Source: Thermoproteota archaeon (lineage in GTDB: Archaea > Thermoproteota > Methanomethylicia > Methanomethylicales > Methanomethylicaceae). From it: a stretch of DNA of 64,000 bases. The position numbers and the translations under genes are program-made. The stretch spans positions 64,809 to 128,808 of the forward strand of contig JAJHRG010000001.1 of NCBI GenBank assembly GCA_020832905.1, written 5' to 3'. Every line of letters starts with the position of its first letter. Position 1 is the stretch's first letter. Below are positions 36,851-47,307 of the stretch, piece after piece. The notes beneath the pieces are model-generated. The model had not been told where the DNA came from. It ran no database searches and saw only the letters and a list, made by a program, of their open reading frames with translations.

Positions 36851-37516
36851 GACCCCTTTATTTCTATTGGATTGATTTCTAATAAAAAAGAAAGAAGTAT
36901 TCATTTGAGTAATTACTCTATACTTCTAGAGTAAAAGGTATTTATACTTCTAAAAACTAAGTAACAATTACACCATTTTTTATTTTAAAAAACAAAAAAC
37001 TAAATTATAAAAAATTCATTTTTCCAATAGAAATAAAGGGGTCCATGGGTCAATTTATGTAAAATATATTTTACATAAACTAATTAGCTAGAAAATAAGT
37101 CATAAAACATTACTAACTTATTTTTCCCAAAATATAATGTAAAGATATTTTTACATAATTTCTTCTCTTTTCTCTTTCAAATAGTTCATAACTAACAATA
37201 CTATTTAAAAAGTACAAAACTTATCATGAATTCTAATATTTAAATTTTTCTTTTTTAGATTACTTTATTATAATAAGACTAAGAAGTCTGTTGTGTATTC
37301 GAGATCATTAAGTTCTTTATTTTCTGTTAGAAATATGCAGCATTCTTTTCCTCTGAAAACAGAAAGCAATAAGATAATAGTCTACTTTTCAATAAATCAA
37401 CATAAAAATAATAATAAGACAAATATTTATTGTGACTTTATATTTAACTCACAGTTCACAATTTTTATTCTTCTATTTCTATTAAAGTCTCAACTCACCC
37501 CTTCACTTCCACTGGA
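36851..37516. other. Putative chromosomal replication origin (oriC) with three ORB elements
   Basis: ORB1 36851..36871 (-) and ORB2 37023..37043 (+) are identical TCCAATAGAAATAAAGGGGTC; ORB3 37497..37516 (-) is TCCAGTGGAAGTGAAGGGGT; AT-rich noncoding spacers. Confidence 0.8.
37054..37079. repeat. Perfect 26-bp palindrome TTTATGTAAAATATATTTTACATAAA; second ATGTAAA-N6-TTTACAT copy at 37137..37156
   Basis: Read directly. Confidence 0.85.
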
Positions 37517-37711
37517 GAGAGAAAAGGAGGAAATTTTTATGTAAATTATGATTAAAAAACAGAAATTTTATGTAAATTATTTGCAAAAAAGTCGAAATCT
37601 AGCTTTTCTGATAATAATTTTCATAAATTTTTTAATCAGTTTTTACTTAAATGTAAATTGCAATATCTTCTTATATCTCACTTTGTAAACTACTAATTAG
37701 ATGAGTGAAAT

Positions 37712-38125
37712 ATGCGTAAACTAAAGATAGAATTTAGTAATAAAAATGGTAATAAAATTACAATAATTTGTAATGGTAATTTACCAAAGGAACAAATATT
37801 AAAATTAATTGAACTCTTTGAAAATAGTAGTGAAACTAAATCACAATTCACAAGAACTACTTTACGAGAAAGAATTTTAGATCTTATACTTAATGAATTT
37901 AATAATATTTGGTTTACAAGTAAAGATATTATTGATGCATATATCAAGAAGTATAATGAGTCTATTAAGCCTAGTACTATTTCAACATATCTTTCAAGAC
38001 TATATGATAATGGCTACTTAGAAAGAATTAGAGATAAAAAACACTGGAAGTATAAATTAATATCAAAGACTTCAACAAAAAATATAGAAAGTTATACAGA
38101 AAAGTTATGTGATGAAGATATTTAA
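37712..38125 (+). CDS. Winged-HTH protein
   Basis: WFTSKDI...IKPSTISTYLSRLYDNGYLER wHTH. Confidence 0.78.
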   Translation: MRKLKIEFSNKNGNKITIICNGNLPKEQILKLIELFENSSETKSQFTRTTLRERILDLILNEFNNIWFTSKDIIDAYIKKYNESIKPSTISTYLSRLYDNGYLERIRDKKHWKYKLISKTSTKNIESYTEKLCDEDI

Positions 38126-38620
38126 CTATTTTCCTAAAATCATTTTCTTTACTTCATCAGGAACTGAATAAGTATATGGCCATGTACTTTCATCACGAAT
38201 TATTAATTTTCTTTCAGCTAATTTCTTTAGTAATCTTGCAACATGTTCTCTAGCTTTTCCTATACTTTGTGCAATTGGTGTAGCACTTCTTGTGCCAGGA
38301 TGTTCTATAAGATATTTTATTATAGCAATTTCAGTTGGATTTAAATCTTCTTTTTGATATTTTTGTTGTGTAACTTCTTTACTAATTTTCTTTTTCTCAA
38401 TATATTTTTCAGTTTTTTTACTTTCTATTTGCTCTTCTTTTTCATAAATTATTTCTTTTATTCTATCATTTATTCTTTGAATATCTAATCTTAATTTACT
38501 TATATCTGAATCAATAAAAGTGATATATTCTTCTATACGTCTTAATCTTTCAATAATATCACGTTTAATAAATGCTATTTCCATACGAAGTTCTTCTAGT
38601 ATTTCTTTTTCACTTAACAT
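38126..38620 (-). CDS. Coiled-coil plus MarR-like winged-HTH protein
   Basis: N-terminal heptad pattern; LNPTEIAII...REHVARLLKKLAE...PYTY. Confidence 0.78.
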   Translation of the reverse strand: MLSEKEILEELRMEIAFIKRDIIERLRRIEEYITFIDSDISKLRLDIQRINDRIKEIIYEKEEQIESKKTEKYIEKKKISKEVTQQKYQKEDLNPTEIAIIKYLIEHPGTRSATPIAQSIGKAREHVARLLKKLAERKLIIRDESTWPYTYSVPDEVKKMILGK

Positions 38621-38682
38621 TTATCATCAAATTAATAATACTTTTCTGTAATTTTTAAGTTTTTGGTTGTGACTAAATCACA

Positions 38683-39255
38683 TTATTTTATAAATTGTTT
38701 TGCAATTAAATCTATTTTAGTAATTATTCCTACAATTTTTCCATTTTCTTCTACTAATACTGCTGGTTTTCCAGATAATAGAATTTTTCCAACTTCTTCT
38801 ATACTAGTTTCAGCATTTATAACTGGAAATGGTTCTTCTCTTAAATCATATACTTTTTTATTTAACAAATTTTCTATTTTTTCATCTTTTATTTTGCTCA
38901 ATATACTTTCTTCTCTAATACTACCAATAAGTTTTTTATTTTGAAAAATTGGAAGCTGAGATATTCCATACTTCCACATTAGTTCTATTGCTTTTTCAAC
39001 AGTATCATTTGCATCTAATGATATAACTGGGCTACTCATTATGTGACGAGCTAAAAATTTCTTCTCACCAAGAACTTCATTTATTACATTTATTATTTTT
39101 CTTAATGTAGAAAGTCTTGGATCAACTGTTCCTCTTTCTATTCTTGCAATTAATGATTGACTTATACCTGCTCTTTTTGCTAATTCTTTTTGTGTTAATC
39201 CTGCTTTTTTTCTTAATCTTCTCAATTCTTGTGGTGTAATTAAGTTTACTACCAT
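38683..39255 (-). CDS. XRE-HTH plus tandem CBS transcriptional regulator
   Basis: LTQKELAKRAGISQSLIARIERG; CBS pair (ISQLP, GIITKIDL). Confidence 0.92.
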   Translation of the reverse strand: MVVNLITPQELRRLRKKAGLTQKELAKRAGISQSLIARIERGTVDPRLSTLRKIINVINEVLGEKKFLARHIMSSPVISLDANDTVEKAIELMWKYGISQLPIFQNKKLIGSIREESILSKIKDEKIENLLNKKVYDLREEPFPVINAETSIEEVGKILLSGKPAVLVEENGKIVGIITKIDLIAKQFIK

Positions 39256-39307
39256 TATCTCTAAAATTAAATACTTAGTAAGAAATTAAAAAGTTATAGG
39301 TGAACAA

Positions 39308-41617
39308 ATGCAGAAAAGAGCAAAGATTTACGTACATGGCATGGTTCAAGGAGTTGGTTTTAGACCTTTTGTATATAATCTTGCACATATATATCAGCTT
39401 AAAGGTCAGGTTTCTAATTTAGGTGATGCTAGTGTTGAAATAATTGTAGAAGGAGAATATGAAAAAATAAAATTCTTTATAAATGATTTAGTAAGTAAGA
39501 AACCAAAAATTGCTAGAATTGATAGTATTGATGTAATTTGGGAAGAACCAACTAATGAATTTAAAGATTTTAAAATAGCAAAAAGTAATATTAAGAAAAT
39601 AAGTTTAAGCTCTGTGATCCCAGTAGATATTGGTATATGTGATTTATGTATCACAGATATTTTTAGTAATACTAGATGGCATTACTATCCATTTACATGT
39701 TGTTCACACTGTGGACCAAGATTCACAATTTTATATTCCTTACCATACGATAGAGAAAATACTTCTATGGTAGATTTTCCTTTTTGTTCTTATTGTAAAT
39801 CAGAATATGAAAATCCTAATGATAGAAGATATGATGCACAAGGAACTACATGTCCAATATGTGGTCCAAAAATGTTTCTCTTAGATAATAATGGAAATAT
39901 TATTGATGATGAAGATCCTATAAGAATAGCAGCTTCTTTACTAAAAGAAGGTAAAATAATTGCAGTTAAAGGAATTGGAGGTTTTCATATAGCTGTTGAT
40001 GCAACAAATGAAGATTCTGTATTAGAACTTAGAAAAAGAAGAAGAAGACCAAATCAACCATTTGCAGTAATGTCAAAATCAATAAATGAAGTAAAAAAAT
40101 TTGCTATTGTTTCAAAGGAAGAAGAAGATTTACTTAAATCTCCATATAAGCCTATTGTTATTCTTAAAAAATCACCTTCATATAATTTAGCTGAATCAGT
40201 TTCTCCTGGCTTAGATACAGTAGGGGTTATGTTGCCATATACTGGTATACATCTTTTATTACTAGAATTTTTTGGAAAAGAAGCTTTAGTAATGACAAGT
40301 GGGAATTATCCAGGAAGACCTATTGTAATTGATAATGATCAAGCAATTTCAGAACTTAAAGAAATTGTTGATTTCTTTCTTGTACATAATAGAAAAATAG
40401 TAAATAGATGTGATGACTCTGTTATAAAATTTGTAGAAAATACTCCTACTTTTCTTAGAAGGTCAAGAGGTTATACTCCTACATATTTAACAATTCCATG
40501 GACAAATAATGAAAATATTATTTCTGTTGGAGGAGAATTTAATGTAACTGGATCTATTGCAATAAAAAATCGCATTATTACTACACAACATATCGGGGAT
40601 GTAAGTGATCTAGATACTCTTAATTATTTAATTAGTGCATTAAATTTTTTAATTAAGGTATATGATATTAAGTTTTTTTCAAAAATAGCTCATGATTTAA
40701 ATCCTAATTTCTATACTACAAGATATGCAAAAGAACTTTCAGAACACATATCAGCAAAAACTATTCAAGTTCAACATCATCATGCTCATATGACCTCATT
40801 AATGATTGAACATGGTTTATCTCAAGATACTGAAATTATATGTATTACTATTGATGGATTTGGTTATGGAGCTGATGGAATGGCATGGGGTGGAGAAATT
40901 CTATTTGGAGGATATTCTAAGTTTAATAGAGTAGCTCAACTTCGTTATCAGCCAATGCCAGGAGGAGATTTATGTGCTTATTATCCTGCAAGATTTCTTG
41001 CAGCTATTCTTTCAACAATAATGGAAGACTCAGAAATTTTTAATTTATTTGAAAAAAAGTATATTAAATATTTAAGATATGGTGAAGATGAATTAAACAT
41101 AGTATTAAAACAATCAAAAAAGCCAGGAATAATTCACTCCTCTAGTATTGGAAGACTTTTAGATGCAATTGCTGTATTACTAGAAGTGGGACATTATAGA
41201 AGTTATGAAGGAGAATTGCCAATGAAATTAGAAGCACTTGCTAATCATGGAAAACCAATTAATATTAATTTAAATTTACCAGTAAAAAAGCAAAATAATA
41301 CTTATATTATAGATACTTCAGAATTTATATTATCTATTATTGAAAATATGAAATATTATTCAAAAGCTGATTTAGCATATGAAATTCATAAAACTTTAGG
41401 ATTAACATTTGGTAAATTAGCATGTGAAATAAGTGATGAAGTAGGTTGTAATATTATTGGTGTTTCTGGTGGTGCTGCTGTTAATAGTTTATTAATTAAG
41501 TATATGAAAAGTGAAATAACTAAAAATAAGAAGAAGTTTTTGCAACACATAATTCTTCCACCTGGTGATGGAGGTATTTCTATAGGTCAAATTGCTGTTG
41601 CATTAAACTGTGAGTAA
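39308..41617 (+). CDS. hypF: Hydrogenase maturation carbamoyltransferase
   Basis: GMVQGVGFRPF acylphosphatase domain, two Zn fingers, KGIGGFH, QHHHAH, GDGGISIGQ. Confidence 0.97.
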   Translation: MQKRAKIYVHGMVQGVGFRPFVYNLAHIYQLKGQVSNLGDASVEIIVEGEYEKIKFFINDLVSKKPKIARIDSIDVIWEEPTNEFKDFKIAKSNIKKISLSSVIPVDIGICDLCITDIFSNTRWHYYPFTCCSHCGPRFTILYSLPYDRENTSMVDFPFCSYCKSEYENPNDRRYDAQGTTCPICGPKMFLLDNNGNIIDDEDPIRIAASLLKEGKIIAVKGIGGFHIAVDATNEDSVLELRKRRRRPNQPFAVMSKSINEVKKFAIVSKEEEDLLKSPYKPIVILKKSPSYNLAESVSPGLDTVGVMLPYTGIHLLLLEFFGKEALVMTSGNYPGRPIVIDNDQAISELKEIVDFFLVHNRKIVNRCDDSVIKFVENTPTFLRRSRGYTPTYLTIPWTNNENIISVGGEFNVTGSIAIKNRIITTQHIGDVSDLDTLNYLISALNFLIKVYDIKFFSKIAHDLNPNFYTTRYAKELSEHISAKTIQVQHHHAHMTSLMIEHGLSQDTEIICITIDGFGYGADGMAWGGEILFGGYSKFNRVAQLRYQPMPGGDLCAYYPARFLAAILSTIMEDSEIFNLFEKKYIKYLRYGEDELNIVLKQSKKPGIIHSSSIGRLLDAIAVLLEVGHYRSYEGELPMKLEALANHGKPININLNLPVKKQNNTYIIDTSEFILSIIENMKYYSKADLAYEIHKTLGLTFGKLACEISDEVGCNIIGVSGGAAVNSLLIKYMKSEITKNKKKFLQHIILPPGDGGISIGQIAVALNCE

Positions 41618-41756
41618 TTTATATTTTATTATTGTTCCTCTAGTAATTTCTATATGATGTATATTATTTAGTAAAAATATAGAGAAGTATTTAATTAAAA
41701 AACATTAGCTTATGGTGATTCTCTCTACTTTCTTTTTTGTGATTTTTATCATCTTA

Positions 41757-43538
41757 TTATATGTGATACAAAATTATTCCTAATAAAATTGTCACAATCA
41801 TTATAATCAATCCAGTTTTCTTTGCTTTTCTAATATTTTCATCAGTTACTTTCCAAAGTATTTCTAAGCCTTCATTACCTAAGAAATGCAAATTTTTTAG
41901 ATTTATTTTATAAAATTTTATAGAACATTCTTCCTTTTTTGTGTTTGCATCTTTTACTAATTCAATTACTTTTTTAATAATAGCTTCTTTATCAATATTT
42001 TTTCCTATTGGAATATATCCTTCTTTTATTTTCCATCCTACTACTACATGTGTATCAGTTGTTGCAACTTCTGAATTTTCATATCCCTCCTTCTCTAATG
42101 CAGCTATTATTTCTTCTCTTAATCCTTTTATCATATTATTTCCATCAAAGACTATATAAGCAGTTTTTTGTCCTTCTACATCTACTACCATTACCATTAT
42201 TCCTCCATCTCCAAATCCATCATGATATGAATAATTTTCAAATTTTGAACATGAAAATCCTACTAATGCCTTATCATATTTACTATTTTTTAATTCTTCA
42301 AGACATTCTTCTAATGTTTCTACAATATTTTTTTCATCTTCTTCTCTAAAATCAATATATGATGTATCTATTGCATTATGTGCATCTATTATTATTCCAT
42401 CAGAAAAACCTTTTTCAATAATCTTCTTCATACAAATATCATTAACTCTTTCTGGAAGATCTTCTGTTGGTATAGGTGCTCTACTTATTATAACTAATGG
42501 AATATTATTGAAAATTTGACAAGTAATAGTGATGTCTCCTTTCTTTTTTCTTATAGATTTTGATACTATACCATAATTATTACAATTATGTTCTATTGAT
42601 AGAACTGAATCAATTATGGCTTCACACTCTTTTGAAAATATTAAATCTTTTTCATGAGTTGATGGTGCATGAAAAATTATTGGTATAATTCCTTTTTCCT
42701 TAAGTCTTATTGCTAATTTACTAGGTAGATCACTACTTCCAACTTTCTTAAAAGGTCCAAAATGAATATTTGGTACTACTATTCTTCCAGAAATTTTCTT
42801 ACCTTTAAAATCAAGAATCTTGATTTCTGCATCTTTAGTTATTGAAACTATTTTCAATAATTTTTCTAATAATCTAGTTTTGTTCATCATCATTGCTTCT
42901 ATAAATCCTCTAAGTAATTTCAAAGTACTTAATCCTAAGATCTCCTTTCCAATTTTCTCTATATACTTCAAGTATATTATTGCTAAAGTAAAGGAGAAAA
43001 TAATCATAATAATAAAGCTTAATAAAGGTAATAGATAGTCTTTTTCTAAGAATTTCATTTGTATTATACGAAATGTTAACATTAGTAGTGGATGAATAAT
43101 ACTTGCAATGAATAGCTTCTTAGTATTTATTACTGTTAATGCTCCAATAACTATTCCATAAAATAATACAATTGATCCACATGTTATGAAATATATTCTT
43201 TCTAGTAATAGATTTTCATTTAGTATTTTGAATAATATCATACTAATTATTTCTACTACTCCAATTATTACTGTACCAATAAGTATAAGTCCAAGAACTC
43301 TTCTTCTATTGAAAAAACTATCTCTTAGAATACTACATAATATATAGCTACTTAGTATGCTAGAGATTAAGTAAACAAATATTGCCTCATATATTATTAT
43401 AAATAATGAAAACTTAGCTATAAGATAGTTCATTATACTTATGGTAGTACTAAATATAATTATTACCATTATAGTATAGCTTTCTTTAGGAATTCCAAAG
43501 ATACTTTTATATTTTTCAACAAATTTATCTGTTGACAA
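41757..43538 (-). CDS. DUF2070-family membrane protein
   Basis: N-terminal TM bundle; HFGPF..GSSDLP, H.PSTHE, DAHN, DGNN, TTDTH. Confidence 0.8.
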   Translation of the reverse strand: MSTDKFVEKYKSIFGIPKESYTIMVIIIFSTTISIMNYLIAKFSLFIIIYEAIFVYLISSILSSYILCSILRDSFFNRRRVLGLILIGTVIIGVVEIISMILFKILNENLLLERIYFITCGSIVLFYGIVIGALTVINTKKLFIASIIHPLLMLTFRIIQMKFLEKDYLLPLLSFIIMIIFSFTLAIIYLKYIEKIGKEILGLSTLKLLRGFIEAMMMNKTRLLEKLLKIVSITKDAEIKILDFKGKKISGRIVVPNIHFGPFKKVGSSDLPSKLAIRLKEKGIIPIIFHAPSTHEKDLIFSKECEAIIDSVLSIEHNCNNYGIVSKSIRKKKGDITITCQIFNNIPLVIISRAPIPTEDLPERVNDICMKKIIEKGFSDGIIIDAHNAIDTSYIDFREEDEKNIVETLEECLEELKNSKYDKALVGFSCSKFENYSYHDGFGDGGIMVMVVDVEGQKTAYIVFDGNNMIKGLREEIIAALEKEGYENSEVATTDTHVVVGWKIKEGYIPIGKNIDKEAIIKKVIELVKDANTKKEECSIKFYKINLKNLHFLGNEGLEILWKVTDENIRKAKKTGLIIMIVTILLGIILYHI

Positions 43539-43610
43539 TCAATCTCCCAATACTCAATTAAGTAAAAAGAATAAAAACTTTATATCTACTTAGTAATTAA
43601 GTGAGTAATC

Positions 43611-44597
43611 TTGATCAGTATATACTGGAATAATGGAATAATTATTAAAATTAATGATTTTGAAATTATACTTGATCCTATTACTAATGTTAATAAAAAC
43701 TCATCAATATTTATATCTCATGCTCATAAAGATCATATTTATGGTTTACTAAATGAATATTGTTTAAAATACTCTACTCCTCAAACAATTGCTATAGGTG
43801 AAGTTTTAATAAATAAGAAAATAAAAAATATAGTACCTTGCAATTATGGTGAGAGTATAAAATTTCATAATTTAGAACTTCAACTTATAAATTCAGGTCA
43901 TGTTTTTGGATCAGCTGCTTTAATAATTAGAAGTAAGGATGTGACTCTACTATACACTGGAGATTTTAACTTTACAAAAACTCTGATACAAGAAGCAATA
44001 TCACCAATTGAGTGTGATATTATGATAGTAGAAGCAACATATGGCAAGCCAGGAATGGTTTTTCCACCACGTGAAGAAGTATACTTAGATATAATTTCAT
44101 GGGTTGCAAAAACAATTAATAATGGCTTTCTTCCCATACTTTTAGTTTATCCTTTAGGTAAAGCTCAAGAAATAACTAAACTCTTCAATAAGTTTTCTTC
44201 TATTCCTGTAGTTACACATCCTAAAATATCTAAGATAAATGAAGTAGTTAGAAATTTTGGTGAAAATTTAATTTTTTATGATTTAAATGAAGATGGAAAA
44301 GAATTAGTTGATAGTAGAGATTGTGTAGTTCTATTTCCTTTTAGCTATAATACAAATAGATTAAGAATTAAATACCCAAACTCTAAGATAGGTATTGTAA
44401 CTGGTTGGGCAATACTTTACAAAAATATAAAAAATGCTGATATCAGCTTTCCTTTAAGTTCTCATGCTGATTATCCTCAATTAATTAATTTTATTTCAAA
44501 ATGTAATCCAAAAAAAGTATTTACAGTTTATGGTTATACAAAAGAATTAGCAAGATCTTTAAGAAAAATTGGTATTGATGCAAGATCAATTATATGA
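43611..44597 (+). CDS. MBL/beta-CASP nuclease-like protein
   Basis: SHAHKDH, SGHVFGS, YTGDF, EATYG, LGKAQE, LSSHAD. Confidence 0.87.
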   Translation: MISIYWNNGIIIKINDFEIILDPITNVNKNSSIFISHAHKDHIYGLLNEYCLKYSTPQTIAIGEVLINKKIKNIVPCNYGESIKFHNLELQLINSGHVFGSAALIIRSKDVTLLYTGDFNFTKTLIQEAISPIECDIMIVEATYGKPGMVFPPREEVYLDIISWVAKTINNGFLPILLVYPLGKAQEITKLFNKFSSIPVVTHPKISKINEVVRNFGENLIFYDLNEDGKELVDSRDCVVLFPFSYNTNRLRIKYPNSKIGIVTGWAILYKNIKNADISFPLSSHADYPQLINFISKCNPKKVFTVYGYTKELARSLRKIGIDARSII

Positions 44598-44600
44598 ATT

Positions 44601-44771
44601 TTAACCAAATATTAAATGTGCTAAAATTACACTTATAATTAATATTATACTACTAATAATAACATATACTGGTTTTATCTTTATACCATGTATTTCTTCT
44701 TCAAAGAATCTTATTAATCCTGCACCTGTTATTGGCATAGGTGCTTCTTTTTTTCTTTCTCTTTTTGGCAT
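44601..44771 (-). CDS. secG: Preprotein translocase subunit Sec61beta (56 aa, missed by the track)
   Basis: Manual translation MPKRERKKEAPMPITGAGLIRFFEEEIHGIKIKP plus a C-terminal TM. Confidence 0.9.
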   Translation of the reverse strand: MPKRERKKEAPMPITGAGLIRFFEEEIHGIKIKPVYVIISSIILIISVILAHLIFG

Positions 44772-44843
44772 TTTTATCATATATTAAAGAAATCGATTCC
44801 TTTATTAATTTTATCCTCGAAAATATAATGAGGTAATATAGCT

Positions 44844-46172
44844 ATGAGTAAGGAGAAAATAGATCCTAAATTAGCTTATGAGAAAATTCTTAAATGCTTA
44901 GAAGCTCATCATGAAATGATGAAAAATGCTATTCCACTTATTGCTAGTGAAAATATTCCAAGTCCTGCTGTTAGAGAAGCTTTAGCAAGTGATTTTGGAA
45001 ATAGATATGCAGAAGGTTGGGTAGGTGAACGACTTTATGCAGGCTGTAAATACATAGATGAAGTAGAGTCAATTGCTATAGAACTTGGTAAGATACTATT
45101 TAATGCTGAATTTATTGATGTTAGACCTATTTCTGGTGTTATTGCTAATTTGGTTGCATTTTCAGCATTTGCCAATCCATATGATATTGCTTTTGCTCTA
45201 TCAATACCAACTGGTGGTCATATTAGTCATGGTAAAAAAACTATTGGAGGAACAGCTGGTGCTATAAGAGAATTAGAAATATATAATTATCCATTTGATG
45301 AAGAAAATTTCAATATTGATGTAGATAAAACTATTTCATTAATAAAAGAATTAGAGGCTAATGGAAAAAAACCAAAATTATTTATATTAGGTGCAAGTGT
45401 ATTTCTATTTCCACATCCTGTAAAAGAAATTGCAGATATTGCTAAAACTTATGATGCTAAAGTTATTTATGATGGAGCACATGTTGCAGGTCTTATAGCT
45501 GGAGGTATTTTTCAAGACCCTTTACGTGAGGGTGCTGATGTTTTTACTATGAGTACACATAAAACATTAGCAGGCCCTCAGCATGGTGCTATTGTCTCTT
45601 GGTCTAAGTATGCTGAAACTATAAAGAGAATTGTTTTTCCAGGTCTTGTAAGTAATCATCATCTTCATGCAGTTGCAGGTGTAGCCATAGCTTTTGCTGA
45701 AGCTATTAAGTTTTATAATGAGTATGCAAGAGCAATAGTATCAAATTCTAAAGCATTAGCACAAGCATTATATGAACTTGGTTTTGATGTATTATGTGAG
45801 AAAAAAGGATTTACAGAATCTCATATGATTCTTGTTGATGTTTCTAAGTATGGAAATGGATTTGAAGTAGAAAAGAAATTAGAAGAATGTAATATACTAG
45901 TAAATAGAAATCTTTTACCATATGATAAGAGAATGAAGAGGGATTATAGAGCACCTGGAGGAATAAGAATAGGTGTTCAAGAAGTAACACGATTAGGTAT
46001 GGGCAAATCAGAAATGATTGAAATTGCTAATTTAATGAAAATGGCTATAATAGATAAAAAAGATCCAAAAATTATTAGAGAAAAAGTAGTAGAATTAAGA
46101 AAGGACTTTCAAAAAGTAAAATATTGCTTCTCATCAATTAATGATGCTTATGAATATATAAGAATAAGGTAA
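44844..46172 (+). CDS. glyA: Serine hydroxymethyltransferase
   Basis: LIASEN, RYAEG, GGHISHG, STHKTLAGPQ. Confidence 0.97.
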   Translation: MSKEKIDPKLAYEKILKCLEAHHEMMKNAIPLIASENIPSPAVREALASDFGNRYAEGWVGERLYAGCKYIDEVESIAIELGKILFNAEFIDVRPISGVIANLVAFSAFANPYDIAFALSIPTGGHISHGKKTIGGTAGAIRELEIYNYPFDEENFNIDVDKTISLIKELEANGKKPKLFILGASVFLFPHPVKEIADIAKTYDAKVIYDGAHVAGLIAGGIFQDPLREGADVFTMSTHKTLAGPQHGAIVSWSKYAETIKRIVFPGLVSNHHLHAVAGVAIAFAEAIKFYNEYARAIVSNSKALAQALYELGFDVLCEKKGFTESHMILVDVSKYGNGFEVEKKLEECNILVNRNLLPYDKRMKRDYRAPGGIRIGVQEVTRLGMGKSEMIEIANLMKMAIIDKKDPKIIREKVVELRKDFQKVKYCFSSINDAYEYIRIR

Positions 46173-46178
46173 TGAAAA

Positions 46179-46463
46179 ATGAGTATAAATGAAGCACAAG
46201 AACTAATGCTAAAGATTTATGGTGAGCGAGATAAAAAGCGTGGTGCAGAAGGAACTTTTATTTGGCTTATTGAAGAAATAGGAGAATTAGCAGAAGCAAT
46301 AAGAAAGAAGGATGATAAGAGTATAAGAGAAGAAATGGCTGATGTTCTTGCATGGCTTTTTTCACTAGCAAATGTATTAAATATCGATTTATCTAAATGT
46401 TTTTTAGAGAGGTACTCAAAGTGTCCACGATGTAAAAATATTCCATGTAGTTGTAATTTCTAG
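46179..46463 (+). CDS. MazG-like nucleotide pyrophosphohydrolase
   Basis: WLIEEIGELAEAI...EEMADV; C-terminal CPRC...C.C. Confidence 0.9.
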   Translation: MSINEAQELMLKIYGERDKKRGAEGTFIWLIEEIGELAEAIRKKDDKSIREEMADVLAWLFSLANVLNIDLSKCFLERYSKCPRCKNIPCSCNF

Positions 46464-46473
46464 GTGGGTAGTA

Positions 46474-47307
46474 GTGATTTATGTAAAGGATATAATGAAT
46501 AAAGATGTAGTGTATTTAGAGGTACCTGGTAATAGAAATGAATTTTTTAAAAAATTTATGGAGAAGAAAGTATCTGGTTTTCCAGTAGTAAAGAAAGGTA
46601 CAAAACAAATTATTGGAATAATTACAAGAGAAGATATATTAAAAAAAGGAGATGAAGAGCAAATTGCTCTTATTATGAATAAAAATGTTATAACAATTAC
46701 TCCAGAAACTCCTTTAGATGATTGTATAAAAATAATGAAAGAAAAAGGTTATAGAAGAATTCCTGTTGTTGTAGATAAAGAACTTGTTGGAATAATAACT
46801 ATAGGTGATATAGTGCATAAATTACTAGTAAAATCAACATCTAATCTAAAAGTTAAAGATTTAATGTCTCCAATAGGATTAGTTTGTTGGGATAATACTC
46901 CTTTAAATATAGTTGGAAAAATAATGATAATGACAAAATCACATGTAGCTTTATCTATTAATCGTAATGAACAAATTAATGGAATATTATCTTTAACTGA
47001 TTTAATAAAATATAGTGAAATTAGAATAGAGGAAAAAAAGACAGTTTTAAAAGCAGGATCTGAAGGACAAGAATGGGATTGGGAAACTACTTCTTTTCTC
47101 TTAATTACTAAGGGAAAAATAACCTTACCAGAAATACCTTTATATCAGGCAATATCTACTCCATGTATTACTATACTCGAAAATGCTAGTGTAAGTGAAT
47201 GTGCCATAAAGATGAAAAAATATGATGTTGATCAACTAGTTGTAGTAAATGCAAAAAATGAAATTCAAGGAATTATTTTTGATAGAGACTTACTAAAATC
47301 ATTGTGA
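46474..47307 (+). CDS. Four-CBS-domain protein
   Basis: Repeated CBS motifs; WDWE segment typical of an archaeal CBS family. Confidence 0.88.
   Translation: MIYVKDIMNKDVVYLEVPGNRNEFFKKFMEKKVSGFPVVKKGTKQIIGIITREDILKKGDEEQIALIMNKNVITITPETPLDDCIKIMKEKGYRRIPVVVDKELVGIITIGDIVHKLLVKSTSNLKVKDLMSPIGLVCWDNTPLNIVGKIMIMTKSHVALSINRNEQINGILSLTDLIKYSEIRIEEKKTVLKAGSEGQEWDWETTSFLLITKGKITLPEIPLYQAISTPCITILENASVSECAIKMKKYDVDQLVVVNAKNEIQGIIFDRDLLKSL

Noticed and set aside
36851-37043. 21-bp inverted repeats read as MITE/IS terminal repeats
   Set aside because: They match the ORB consensus, a third diverged copy exists, and no target-site duplication or transposase is evident
37293-37544. 83-aa ORF within the origin-like gap
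   Set aside because: GTG start, atypical composition, overlaps ORB3; most likely noncoding
36833-37711. Possible CRISPR array in the long AT-rich gap
   Set aside because: No regularly spaced direct repeats with unique spacers, and no cas genes in the window
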